Source: Batkoa obscura
Lineage: Eukaryota
Direction of reading: 5' to 3'
Length of the DNA: 64,000 nt
Assembly: GCA_030770535.1 (NCBI GenBank)
Contig: JASVEC010000010.1
Coordinates: 930,001-994,000, forward strand
Positions within the stretch are counted from its first letter, which is position 1; each line of letters begins with the position of its first letter. Positions 51,354 through 64,000 of the stretch are shown here, in pieces. The position numbers and the translations under genes are program-made. A model generated the notes under the pieces. It did no database searches. It was given only the letters and a program-made list of their open reading frames with translations, and had not been told where the DNA came from.

Positions 51354-54300
51354 TTATTCCATATAATCCTCGTCATTGTCAATCTCAATCTCATCTTCAT
51401 TTTCTTCAAAATTAGGTATAGGCTCTCCTTGTTCATCTTCATTTAAATTCGACATATCAACTTTATCTTTTGAGTCTCCAAGGTATTCTATAAGATATAA
51501 GTTATCTTCACACAAATTAGAAAGGTCTCCATAAAGTTTAGAAAGCACTTTTTGAATACCACGAATAGAAGGTAAATAGGATGCAATATTTTGTTTTAAA
51601 TATTGGGCATGACTGGTGAATAGAGAATGGCACCAAATTAATAAAAATTCTAGATGAGGAGTACCTTGCTCAGCATAATTGGCCAAAAACTTCAATAGTG
51701 ATTCTAAATACCTTGATGGTATCGATGGTGAAATGAGTGGGATATCTGATGGTGGAATTTTTTCAAGGACTTGTTTAATAATTGGTTTTTCATTAAGACG
51801 GAACGACATTACCAAGGCTTTTAAGTAATCTTCATTCTTCAATGTATCTAATACTGATTCGGGTGTAATTTCAATTTCAAGATCAAATGGATCAAAAAGT
51901 AATGTATCATCTAATGAATAAATAAGTAACCCTTCAGTTGAAGCTGCAGCCCATGACCTTCCAGTTGGAGAAAATCTTACAGATTTAGTACGAGCTTCTG
52001 GGCGAGTTCTCCTTACTGACAGATCTCCTTGTGCTACACCTGGAAGAGCTTCTTTACGATATTTCATATTAACCATAGGATCATCGTCTTGATCATCGAT
52101 CGTATCAAGTGCCCCTGCTTCCGTCATAAATTTAGAGTTAAGCATTTCTTGGGTTCCATCTAATGATTTGTTATAAGTTATTTGAAATTTTCTAACTAAG
52201 ACTGAAGTTGAGCAATCGTAGATGCATACATATTTACTGTTTCCACCACCAATGATACATTTTCCATCAGCAGTATAACATAATGAATTGAACGATTTCC
52301 CTTGAGCTGAATTAGCTGCACTAATTTTATCCCCTACTTTACGTCCACCTGAAATGTCATGTCTACCTTCAATAGATCCCTGTTGTTGACCCTCACTTGG
52401 ATCCCAAAAGGTAATTTGTCCATCCAAAGAAGCAGCAGCGATTTGTTTACCATCTGGACTATAAGTTAATGCAAGTACATCAGAGTCAACTTGTAAAAGT
52501 TCGACAGATTGACCTCTACCAAAAGCATCCCATATTCTTACTGTTCCATCCCATGAACCAGTAGCCACCATATTATCAATAGGAGAAAAGGCCATACATG
52601 AAATTGGACCTTCATGGCCTGATAAGACATCAAGCAATTTACCTGTTTGCATTGACCATACAAAAACTTCAAATGTATCAATAGAACCTGCACAAATAAT
52701 TTCACCTGATGGATCTACAGCTAAGCAAGAAAATTGTACAGGATCCGGGGTAGTAAAGGTACGGAAGTTACGATATCTTAAAAGATCAAAAGCACGTACA
52801 GTACCATCTAAAGAAGCAGAAACAACCACTTGACCTTGTTTTGTAAACTCAACTTGTGAAATAGGTCCTTGATGCTCACTAAATGTCACGAAACTGAAAC
52901 CAGAAGCAGTGTCCCATATCTTTAATTTTCCATCTTGACCCCCGGTTGCAATATTTTGACCATCTGCCGAATAAGACATAGTGTTCATATCAAAGTAATG
53001 CCCTTGTTGTTTAAGTACATAAGTCTCAGATTGCCATTCCCATACTAATAACTGACCATATTTTACAGTACCAAATGCTAACCATTCACCAGTACAATTA
53101 ATACTTACTGTATCAATTTTTGTTTGAGAAATACTAAATAAAATTAGTAAATAAAATTAATAGAGGAATTTAATTGCTTACCTTAAAGTATGAATATTTG
53201 CAAAATCTGGTAATTGCCAAATACCAAAAATACCTTTTGAAAAACCAACCAAAAGTAAATTTGATAATGGATGGAAAGCAACCGAAATAACTTTACTTCC
53301 AGCTTGATTGAAATAATTTCTATTAGTTACTAACCATTTAACTCTATCCAATCTATCTTCATCAATAGTTTCATGATCGATTTCATCTCCATTTGATACC
53401 AATATTTCACGGATCGATGTATATTCCCAATCGCAACATACACCATCTTTACTAATTGTATAAATCTAAAAGCTATAAATAAATTTTTTTTTATCATAGT
53501 TAAAGCTTACATGCTTCATATCATTTGAAAAATAACATCCCATAACCGAATCTTTATGTCCAGATAATGTAACAATTTCACTTTTTTTTCCATATAATGG
53601 GAAAATTTTACAACTCATATCTGTTGATCCAGTAACAATATATCTATAGTTTGATTAATATCTATTTCTCTTTCATTTTATTTTCCTTTTTATTACCTGC
53701 TATCAGGTGACCAACTTAAACAAGTAATGGTATCAAAGTGACTTTTACTTTCTTTAAGTTTAATAAAAGGGGTCAACTCTCTATGGGAACCTGGAGTTCT
53801 CCAAAGTTGAATTTCATTTTCTATAGTATAAGCAAAGAATCTAAATTTCCTTTAATATTCTATTCGTTATAGTAAAATATATAGTTTTTACTTTCCATTT
53901 GGACTAAACTTTAATGTTCTTATTCTTCCTTTAAAATTGAATCTATGGAGGACAAAGCGTCTATTCAAGTTCATCAAAACTCCATGACCCTCTTTATAAA
54001 ACTGTTAACATTCACTCTATACAATTATTATTTTAATTTATTACCCTCATCAGCCACAAACAACATGTTTCCATTGGGCGTTATATCCATACATACTATA
54101 TTGGTACTTGTTTCAAAAGGCAATGTAATAGACTTATTACTTTAAACTATTTAATAATTATAAATTGAATTTTATGAGTCATTTACTTTATAAGGTCAAA
54201 TACCGTAACCCTATTTCCAACTGGTGATATTAATGAGTTACCATCTGGTGTAAAAATTACGTTTCCTTGTTTATAAACTGTACCACAAAGGTTTGAAAAC

Positions 54301-54367
54301 TAAATTGATGTTTAATTATTATATTTAATAATTTTACCATTTGAATTACTTTGAAGTCTGATTTCAT
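51354..54367 (-). CDS. PWP2: Periodic tryptophan protein 2 (SSU processome WD40 protein), multi-exon
   Basis: MKSDFK|FSNLCGTVYKQGN start, WEWQSETYVLKQQGH, RAFDLLRYRNFRTFT, RFSPTGRSWAAASTEGLLIYS. Confidence 0.96.
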
Positions 54368-54696
54368 CTATGTCTATATTTTTTGATTAAATTCTTATAC
54401 CGAAATGATAATTTTTTATTTTTATTTAATTTAGTAATATCATTTTGATAGGATCACTTAGTATTATGGGTGAATTATAAGTTGACATATAATTTAAAAC
54501 TCTCACTTCCTAAATTTAGAAAATTAAAAATAATATTATCAAGTTCAAACTCAAAAATCAGATAAATCAAAATTAAAGATAGATGAATTGTTAAAAATCA
54601 TCAAATAATCAATCTAACTAGAATATATAAAACAAAGTATAAATATAATGAATTTATACAAAGAATTCAAATAAAACTCCATTGACTGGATTAAAA

Positions 54697-55047
54697 ATGT
54701 TTAATAAAACTGTTATTTTCATTATTGCTTTATTAGCTACTATTGTCTTTACTGCCCCAACTGGTTTGGGCTCTACCCCTGTTAGAAGATGTTTTGATGA
54801 TTGTTGGGGATGTGGATCATGTGATTTTGGCTTTACTGGACTTATTCCTTTTGGTTTTGATGGTTTCGGTGGTGATGTTTTTGATGGTTTCTTTGATGGC
54901 AATTGTGGTGGCTGTTTTAATGGTGGATGTGGTGGATTTGGTGGATGTGGTGGATTTGGTGGATGTGGTGGATTTGGTGGATGTGGTGGCTGCTTCGATG
55001 GCTGTGATGGCTTCGGTCCTTTCAATAACTTTGGCTGGTTTTGGTAA
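54697..55047 (+). CDS. Small secreted Gly/Cys/Phe-rich protein
   Basis: Signal peptide MFNKTVIFIIALLATIVFTA, a dibasic RR, then (GGCGGF)n repeats and a W-F-W C-terminus. Confidence 0.8.
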   Translation: MFNKTVIFIIALLATIVFTAPTGLGSTPVRRCFDDCWGCGSCDFGFTGLIPFGFDGFGGDVFDGFFDGNCGGCFNGGCGGFGGCGGFGGCGGFGGCGGCFDGCDGFGPFNNFGWFW

Positions 55048-55289
55048 TCATCCTTCTAGTTTTTACCCCTGTTTTTTTAAGTCATGTTAAACTTTTAAAA
55101 TAAAGTAGCATCTTATTCTAACCTAAGAATATTATTTGATAATTTTATGCTTTATAATTAAATTTTAATTCATAATCGTTATTTTTTTAAATCAATAATT
55201 AAGTATTTAATAAGCCATAATTAAAAAGTTAAATATAAAGCTTTTTAATTAAAAACAAAGTTTTATTTTAATGTATATCCTTTTCTAAT

Positions 55290-56650
55290 TTATTCCTGTT
55301 GATTATTACTTTGTTGTAATCCTTGTGTAGCATACATTTTGGTTAAAGTTGGTCCAGTAAATTGATTGAGTTGTTTACAATAACTATTAATTTGATAATT
55401 AGTTAATAAAGAATCAAAACGTGAAGGTTCTGCTGGTAACTTAAATTTAGCATAAACTTGTTCCTCAGTCTCTAATATCAATGGTGCTTGTCCACGTGCT
55501 ACTCTTGCTTCATTTTCTTGGTGCTATAATGTATATTAGTTTTACTTTATACTAAAATTGTTATTATTATTACTTTAGATTGAAGATAACTTTGAATACG
55601 ACTCTTTTCTCTTGCTAAATTACGTGAATGATATTGGAAATTATTTTGTTCATTAGAATAATCTTCCAAAGACTCTAATAAGTTTTCAAGGTTACGTTCA
55701 ATATATGGCTCAATATTTAAATCTAAGATGCCATAATTTGGTGATATAAAAGAGGAGCTTGGTAAAGCTGGGGTATTAAAACGAATAGATGGTCCAGTAT
55801 TCAAACTGGCTTCAAGTACTTCACTATCATCAACAAGTTCATGTAACATAGCATTGATAATATCTGGATTATGAATTATGATTGGAATTTCGACTAATAT
55901 ATTCTCAAAAGTAAGATTAGAGTCACTTAAACTAAAAAAAATTAAAAATTAGTTCATTAAAATAAGCAAAAATTACCTTTTTGAAGTGAACTTATTGCTT
56001 TGGTAAAGTTCCATAAAACTATCTGATAATCTATAAGCACGAAGGTGAAGAGAACCAATGGCACTTCTAGAAACATCTTATAATGTTTAATTTTTCATTT
56101 TACATAAATATAATTGAAATACCATGAACTAAAGCAACACATTTATTACCCAAACTTCTTTGATATGAAGCTTGAGTTTCAATAAAACTAGATGTCAAAA
56201 AATCGTTTAATTGGGATGAAACATACCATCCAACAGTGGTGGAATCAATGTTAACTTCACGGTAATGACGAATCATTTCAGCACGATATTGAGCAGCTAA
56301 AATACAGGTTACCTATAATTTCATTTATGTTAAAATAAGACTACCATTGATACTTTTATTTTCAGAAACACTTGGGAAAGCAAAAGAGTTTGTTACTTCT
56401 AAGACTTCATTAAAGTCTAAACCTAATAATAAACCAGATGAATAAGATGGAAAGTTTTCACGACAGTGTTTAATGATATTCATTAAAACCTGAATAAAAT
56501 ATTAGTTTAAAATTTGATCATGGACAGTCAACTTACAATCCCTTCCAATTGAACACTTGTGATTGGGATCTTTCCTTCGACATCGAAATCAGTTTCGGTA
56601 ATCTTTATCTCTTTAGTTTCACTTGGTGTGCTAATGTTTTTTTTGCTCAT
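55290..56650 (-). CDS. EIF3H: Translation initiation factor 3 subunit H, multi-exon
   Basis: VQLEGI|VLMNIIKHCRE, GLLLGLD..VLEVTNSFAFP, REVNIDSTTVGWY, LRAYRLS and PSRFDSLL. Confidence 0.92.
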
Positions 56651-57095
56651 TTTATATCCCCTTTTTATATCAAAGACAATGTTAAGGATTTTGTTCTTTT
56701 TTCTCTATATTTTTTGGATTGCGCATTTTTGGGATTTTATGGATTTTTTCTATAAAAAAATGAATTGTTTGCAGTTAAATTTTATTTGAATATTGTACTT
56801 AAAAAAGGCATAGTTTGATTGAATAAAAGCTCTATAAACTCTAAAAATTGGTATAATATAATCAAACGAAGAGGAGACTCAAAGAGTATTTGGGACAAAA
56901 GGATTAAAGAGTATGTATGATAAAATCAAAAAAATTATTGTATTCATGGAAAACAAAATATCTATGACTTATGCTAATTTAATTAATCGTGTTTAAAGTA
57001 TAAACAAAGCTGTTAATAAAAAAATTAAAGTATTTTTATAAAAAATAATATGACCGAGTTTGATAATTTAATATTAATAAGAAAGCTATTATTTA

Positions 57096-57454
57096 TATTA
57101 GCTAAACCTTTACTCTTAATAGATAAAGATGATTTATAAAGAAATTTTTATCATAAATTTATGGGGATATATTTTTTTGTTTAGGAATTTTACTAGCAAC
57201 TTTTCCACTTAAATAGTGCTTTAAAAATGGAAAAGTGAGGAAACCAAAAAAACACCCTCTTATATTAAATAAGTTTGTTTCTATTAAGCTATTTTGACAT
57301 TTCAAGCTTGAAATAGCAATTTTCGATAAAAGTATACCAACATGGATTAATAAAGTAACACTTGCACAATTTAAAATAAATTTAATATAAATCTATAGTA
57401 AAAATTTCTTTATATACCCATCTTTATCTATTAAGAATAAAAGTCTAGCTAATA
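57096..57454. mobile_element. Third foldback/MITE-like element with ~75-bp imperfect inverted arms, interrupted by MITE copy 16
   Basis: TATTAGCTAAACCTTTACTCTTAATAGATAAAGATG... pairs with ...CATCTTTATCTATTAAGAATAAAAGTCTAGCTAATA. Confidence 0.6.
57163..57259. mobile_element. MITE copy 16
   Basis: TTAT/TTAT TSD; the empty site is mirrored in the opposite arm of the host foldback. Confidence 0.9.
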
Positions 57455-58764
57455 ATTATAAATTTAATTCTATATATTGTTATATTCATTTTTGATATTA
57501 ACATCATTGTCACAAAATAAGCTAGTATAACAAAATACATTTCAAATAGCATAACTTTTCAAATAAATAAGCTAGAATTCATATTTTTTATAACAATATT
57601 AATAATACCAGTGGAAATTGCTTTTGCTTTTAATCAAATAATGTGATTAATTTGTTTGCTCAAAACATTACTTAAAAAACCTATAGCTATTAAAACCATA
57701 AGTTATTTTATTAGTTAAGAAAGACTAGAAAGTAAATTTCTAACCAGAGATAGCAAAGCCAGAGTAGTGAAAAAAGTAGTTAAGGTGTTGCCCTATGTTA
57801 AGTTGTAGTTTCAAAAGGAAAGTGACGCTTTTGTTATAAAACTGAAGTCAAATAGTAAATTTCAAGTTTGATTATGTAGTAGCTTTTGCTAAAAAATAAA
57901 AGGTATTTTACTTAATTACTATGAAGAAATTATACTTGATTAATTATAGAAGGAAGTATAAATCGATGAATATAAATTATTAAATTTGAACTGAGTAAAC
58001 TAGAAATAATGCTTTAATAATTCAAAACAGATTGAGTATCCCAATTTATTTGAATAAGAATTAATTTAAAATGTTTGTTATTTAAAGGATTAATAAAATT
58101 TAAGTATTTAATTTGTCTAATTTTTAAATTAAATAGTTAGGTGGAACAGAGTTGGGTTAGTTGAATTGAAAAGTTAAGTGAAATATAACACAAATTATAA
58201 GTTTGGGTTAAGATTGAAGTTTAATATGATATGTTAAGGATTTCTTGTTGTGCTTATTGAAGTGAAATTCAATATTTAGTAAAAATGTCCAGATATTCAT
58301 TATTTAATAGTAAGATTTAGGAAAAGTCATAGCAAATTGTTATAATTAAACAACTGTTTTATATTTTATTGTTGTGTAATTTTAATCAACTCAAAGAAGT
58401 TTATAACATTTTAAAATTGAATATTCTATCCCTAGTTATTCTAACAACAAACTTGTTTTGACTTTTCTTACAATGCTAAGTTCTTATTAACCTTAACTAA
58501 AAATCTGGAATCTATTAACTTTATAGAACCCCAGATTGCTTTCAAATATCTGAGTTTATGAAATTTCAAAGGTATCCCAAGTTATTACCTAAGCTACTAA
58601 AAATAGTTAATATTCTGCGTTTATTTTTTAATTCAAAAAGAATAAATCCATTTTATGGTTTTAAAATAAAAGATAATAAATCAAATCTCGATATTTTATT
58701 GCTAACAATTGACTTTTGTTTCGATTTTCTTAGAATATTGATTTTATTTTGTTTTTTAGTTCAA

Positions 58765-58980
58765 ATGAATAATGAAATTACAACTAAGCAGCTTAAAAAT
58801 AGCAATGAATACGATATCAACCATTCAGATGATCCATACTTAAATGAAACTACGATAAAATTGAATTCAACAACACCAAACTTGAATTTGATGTTAAGCC
58901 AAGAGGATAACAATCTTAACATTAATAATTCCATTTTCACTTCCAATAAGAGTATAACTCAACAAAAGGAAATGGATTTA

Positions 58981-59026
<46 letters not shown>

Positions 59027-61817
59027 TTGAATATAATATCATGTCAGATATGAATTTTAATTCGATCGTTCTCCCAAATTTAAATTTTACCAATGACTTA
59101 TTTCCAGCTGAAGAGCTAATTCAGGAAAGAAAAAGCGAGAATGCAAAGGAGAAGGAAAAAGAAAAGGATGAGGAAAGGTGTGTAAACGAAGGATATAGGG
59201 AAATTGAAAGGGATGAAGAGAGGTATGAAGAGGTGGAAAAAGTGAAGTATGAGGATTTTAACTATTTAAGGGAAACATATGAAGAATCGAGGTATAATCA
59301 AGAAATTCATCAAAATGAAAGGTATGAAAAAGAGTATGAAGAAAAATATATTGATGAAGGATATGAGAAAGCAGGAAGGTATGAAGAAGAAATGGATGAA
59401 GAAAGATATGATGAGAGGTACAATGAGTATAGGTATCAAGAAAACCATGATGAAAAGCATGAGGAGGAGGATAAAGTAAAAAGGTATACAGAAGAAAAGT
59501 TTGAAGAAGGGGAAAGGTATGAGGAGGAAAAGTATGAGCAATCGTTAGGAGTAAAGTATTTAGAAGAAAGGTACACAGATAGTGGAAATATTAATGAAAG
59601 ATACAATAAAGATGCACATGAAGAAGAAAGATATGAAGAGAAAAAGTATGAAGAAGAGGAAAGAAGAAGGAATGATTTGGAAAGGTATAAAGAAAGTAAT
59701 TATGTAGATGAAAGGCGGGAAGAAGATCGATACAACGAGGACGAAGATAAAGAATATATCAATGAAGTTCAAGAATATTATTTGAATGAAAGTAATCCAA
59801 ATTTTGAACATGATACAGAAGGCTTAAAGACAATAAATAATTATGAACATGATGAAAGGAATAATCAAGAATATTACTTAAAGAAGAGTAATCAGGGATC
59901 TGAATATGAATTAAATGGTTTACAAGCAATAAATAATTATAAACATGAAGAAATCGATAATCAAGAATCTCATTTAAATCAAAACAATCAAAATTTTAAA
60001 CATGATTTACAAGAGTTACAAAGTAACAATAATTATAGTCATGAAGATGAATTAGCAAAACCAAATGTTGAAATCAGTATCAGTGATTTATCAGCAGCAA
60101 TTAAGGAAGAATTAAGTATAATTCAAAGTAATGTGGAACAAGATCCATTATTAACGGAAACTCAATTAAGTATGGAGTCCGTATTATTACCACCTGGTAA
60201 GCTATAAACTATTTTAATTCTATTAATTAAAAAATAAAATTTTGAACTATAAGTAATTTAATTAATTATATTTAAACTAGGAGAAAACAATTCCTTAGAT
60301 ATAACATATAGTCAATTTGCTCAAATGTATTTAGGTGAAGAAGAAGAAAACAACGAAATCATTAATCAATTAAATGAATCTCAATTAACGATTGATATTG
60401 AAAATTTAAACTTAGGAGTTGCTTCTCCAAGTCATGCAGAGTTTCATTCTTATATTGAAGATAATGATGAAATTTTAGGCGATGAATTTTTGAAAACTAT
60501 TGAGATTGATGGTAATCCGATTAATTTAGATGAAAATGATAGAGAAGAAGATAATTGCAATGAAGTAGTAAAATATAATCATGAGTTTGATAGTAATAAT
60601 TATGAAGATTACCATAATAATAATAATGAACTAATGAATAATAATGAACTAATGAATAATAATGAAATTATTTTTAATGAAAGTAATTTAATAGTAGATG
60701 ATAAACATGAAGTTAATTTAAAAGATAATAATATTATATTAATCGACGAGGTAACTTACTTTTAAATAATATAAAAATATAAAATATAAATTTCAATTTA
60801 ATTTAATTTAATTTAATTTAATTTAATTTAATTTTAGATTGATGGTAAACAAGGAGTAATAAGTATCAAAAGTGAATTATGTGATAGTGGAACATTATCC
60901 TCTACAAAACATTGGAAACAATATTATGTATTATTAATAGAAGCTACTTTGTTAATCTTTAAACTAAAAGAAAAAAAAGAATACAAATTTAAAGGATGGT
61001 ATGATTTAGCAGGAGCAACTATATCTGAAGCAGATAAAACGCATAGTAAAAAGAACAATGTATTTTTTATTAAAACACAGTCCAATTTGAATCCTTTATT
61101 TTTAACAGAAGATTTAATTCAATTTAATGATTGGTTTAAAGCTATTAAAGATCATATTAATGCTTTTAATTTAAATCATAAGAAATCAAACTTCATTCAA
61201 ATTATTACTAAATTAAATAGAAATCATAATTTAAAATTTATTGCTAAACAAGATGGTAAATTTATTTATAATTTATATTTATTAATATAAACTATTAATA
61301 TTTTATATTTTAGTAATAAGTAATAATAGTTTAACTACATCTTTAAGTTCACCCAAATCCAATGATGGTAAGTATAAATAATAATAATATAATAATATAA
61401 TAATATAATAATAATAATAATAATATAATAATAATAATAATATAATAATATAATAATAATATAATAATAATAATAATAATCTTGTTTATTATTTAGATAT
61501 CAAATTATTACGTAATAATAAAACTAAGAGTAACAAAATTATGGGCAAATTATTTCATAAATCATCAATATCAACATCATCCATACCAAGTAATACAAAT
61601 AAAGAAATGTTTTTTACAGATAGCGATTCCGTTTGGTTTACTTTAATTGGAGATAGTGATCATATTGCTTATGTACCTAAAAGGTGTATTGAAGAATTAA
61701 ATTCAAGGAATTGTTTCAATTGTCAAGGTATTTATCGATTATCTGGTAATTCAAAACAAATCAAGGATTGGAAATTAAAATTTATTAATATTGGTAGGTA
61801 TTATTTTATAATAGAAT

Positions 61818-61854
<37 letters not shown>

Positions 61855-62376
61855 GTTTTATTTCATTTAATATTATTTGTTAGGTCCAGTATCTTTAGCA
61901 TCTGAACCTGATATTAATACCATTACTGGTATACTTAAATTATATTTTAGAGAATTGACAGAACCTTTAATACCTTTTATTGCTTATGATAATATTATTG
62001 AAACATCAAGTAAGAATTATAATAAATAAGAATATTATAATACAATAATATACTAATAATTAAATTAAATTAAATTAAATTAAATTAAATTAGGAATTCA
62101 GGATTATAATGAACGATTAATGGGATATAAAGATATAATATTAGAGCAATTAAGTCAAGAACAATTAAGTACACTAAAATTTTAATTGAACATTTAAAAA
62201 TGATAAGCGAATATTCTGAAGAGAATTTAATGGATGCTAATAATTTAGCTATTGTATTTGGTCCAACTATTGCTCGACCTAAAGATAATAATCTTCATCC
62301 TCAATTACAACCTTTATATATGTTAGTGGAATCCCTTATTTTACAATTTGACTGGTTTTTTGATTTGGATGTTTAA
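58765..62376 (+). CDS. PH-domain + RhoGAP protein with a long acidic (E/Y/R-repeat) N-terminus, multi-exon
   Basis: KHWKQYYVLL...KKNNVFFIKT (PH); GIYRLSGN, DINTITGILKLYFREL and NLMDANNLAIVFGPT (RhoGAP). Likely homopolymer frameshift near 62183. Start inferred. Confidence 0.87.
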
Positions 62377-62548
62377 TTAACTTACTCTTTTTCTACTTCT
62401 TTTTTTATAATGATCTTCTGTTCTTTCTTTTATATAGTTAAAATAATTCTTATTATTTTTATAATTAAATAATAAGGAATAATAAAAAGTTTATTCTTAA
62501 TAATATTAAAATAATAATAACTGTTATTTTTTTATATTTTATTAATAT

Positions 62549-63521
62549 TTAATACAACACACTCACTTTAGTTTTACAAGCAATAAAATTAGGATATTTT
62601 TTCGTTAGAAATGGTTGACCATTAAGAATACTAGCAACTCTATGTGCATATGCTGGTCTAGAATACCTCACTCTATACCCTAAATTTACACTTTGGTGTG
62701 ATTTTGCTGTAATAAAATAAGCTAAATTTTGATCCAAATAATCCTTTTCTTTCACTACTCCGTTCTTTTTTGGCATAGTTAACTCTTGTATACTTAATTT
62801 CAAATTATCTTCATAAATTAATGGAATATTTGTTGTTTTTAAAAATGAATAAACTTCATTAATATTGCTTCTAATTGGAAGATGGCAGACCCATATACTA
62901 CTTCCAGAACCTTCATTTTGGCCCAATAGATTTTGATTTTTTTTATTGTTATAAGTGAATTCATCTATAAAATTAAAACTTAATTTATGTCCTGCTAATA
63001 AATTGTTGAGTTTATAATCTAATAAATAAGCTAAACTTTGTTCTTTTGTATGGAGTTTTAAATATACAGTCCCATTAAATGTATAATCTAAATCTCTTGA
63101 AAAATAATCTAAAATAAGAAAAATTATAGTTAGTATTTTCTTTCTTTATTTAATAAGAGATGATACGTAAAATAACTTACATTCTATGTTTTCAAATTCT
63201 TCTTCAGATATACTTCTACTTATCCTAAAGATATCTGAGGGTGTAACTGATAATGGCAAATGTTTTAATTTAATATATTCACTTAATTTTCCATATGTTT
63301 TTTCAACTAAAATAAATATTAGTTATTATATGTCTAATTTTTAAATTCTAATAATAACAAATTAACTTACGTTTTATTAAATCACTTTCAACAATTTTAT
63401 AATTTAAAGAAGTAATTGGTCGATCCCATGATGTAGATGTTAATTTCGTAGTTAATTGACGTGTTATATTGAATTGAAGGTTATGAAATAACCTTGGTCT
63501 AGTAAAGTAATTGAAATTCAT
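62549..63521 (-). CDS. Hypothetical protein with probable mitochondrial presequence and possible RRM-like folds, 3 exons
   Basis: MNFNYFTRPRLFHNLQFNITRQL...; IKIKHLPLSVTPSDI and IWVCHLPIRSNINEV resemble RNP2 segments. Confidence 0.6.
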
Positions 63522-63711
63522 TTTAAAAATACAATATTTTGAGTTTTTTGAAATTCTTTTTTAGTTTACAAATTAGAATTTCAGTTTAATAAATCCCATA
63601 GATTAATAATTGATTCTTGTTTTGATGAAAAATTAGATAATCATCAATCAATCAAAATTTTACTAAGAAATTTAAAACATCATTTATTAAATTCAACTAA
63701 ATTCAATTGAA

Positions 63712-64000
63712 ATGAGAGCCAGCAAATTATTATTTGATGTCATTAAGGTAAACTTAATAATTCCCTCATCAACCCCACTCACACTTTTCCTTTTAGGTTG
63801 GCCGTATGACCAAAGTACCAGTGTATGAGAACTGTGTCCCCAGATTAAAGGAGTTATATCAAACAACATTAACCAAATTAGAAACTTTGCCTAGCGATAG
63901 CTTTTATCGTAAAGCAACTACAGCTATTACCTTAAATCGTTATAATCTTATTCAACAAACAGAAGATCCTCAAGTTATTTTGGAAAAACTAGAAAGATTA
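63712..64000 (+). CDS. NDUFA5: Complex I accessory subunit NDUFA5 (B13), 5' part, one intron
   Basis: MRASKLLFDVIK|...PRLKELYQTTLTKLETLPSDSFYRKATTAITLNRYNLI matches the NDUFA5 pattern; runs off the window. Confidence 0.8.

Noticed and set aside
54654..55090. ORFs 54654-55025 (-) and 54743-55090 (+)
   Set aside because: Shadow frames of the Gly/Cys repeat gene; only the 54697 frame has a signal peptide and a processing site.
58761..59811. Hydrophobic antisense ORFs and the 59279 ORF
   Set aside because: Shadows of the GAA-rich acidic exon of the RhoGAP gene.

Overview
A very AT-rich eukaryotic (fungal) nuclear window with short GT-AG introns. The gene content and the intronless class-A-like 7TM family suggest an early-diverging, Conidiobolus/Entomophthorales-type fungus (inference only). 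Housekeeping genes are PRP8 (5' end), an HSF-type factor, RAD4/XPC, flavocytochrome b2, a DSD1-family PLP aldolase, an App1-type phosphatase, GPI8, a Ctr copper transporter, MZT1, PWP2, eIF3h, a PH-RhoGAP and NDUFA5. Two accessory zones (about 3-16 kb and 23-44 kb) hold four notable things. (i) Six paralogous rhodopsin-like 7TM receptor genes, two intact and four disrupted. (ii) A multi-exon BAH-BAH-C5 DNA methyltransferase (DNMT1/DIM-2-like) gene that the ORF track misses and that carries TAA stops at conserved Gln positions. (iii) A 2.5-kb DDD-type (Sola-like) DNA transposon with GGGG termini and a 4-bp TSD, a second truncated copy, and 16 copies of a ~97-bp MITE with the same terminus/TSD logic and a CpG-decay pattern. 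(iv) A pair of apparently identical 467-bp LTR-like sequences in inverted orientation. Two near-identical duplications (28.0/30.6 kb and 44.9/46.5 kb) with scattered homopolymer indels may be assembly or haplotype artefacts. All calls were made by eye and no searches were run.
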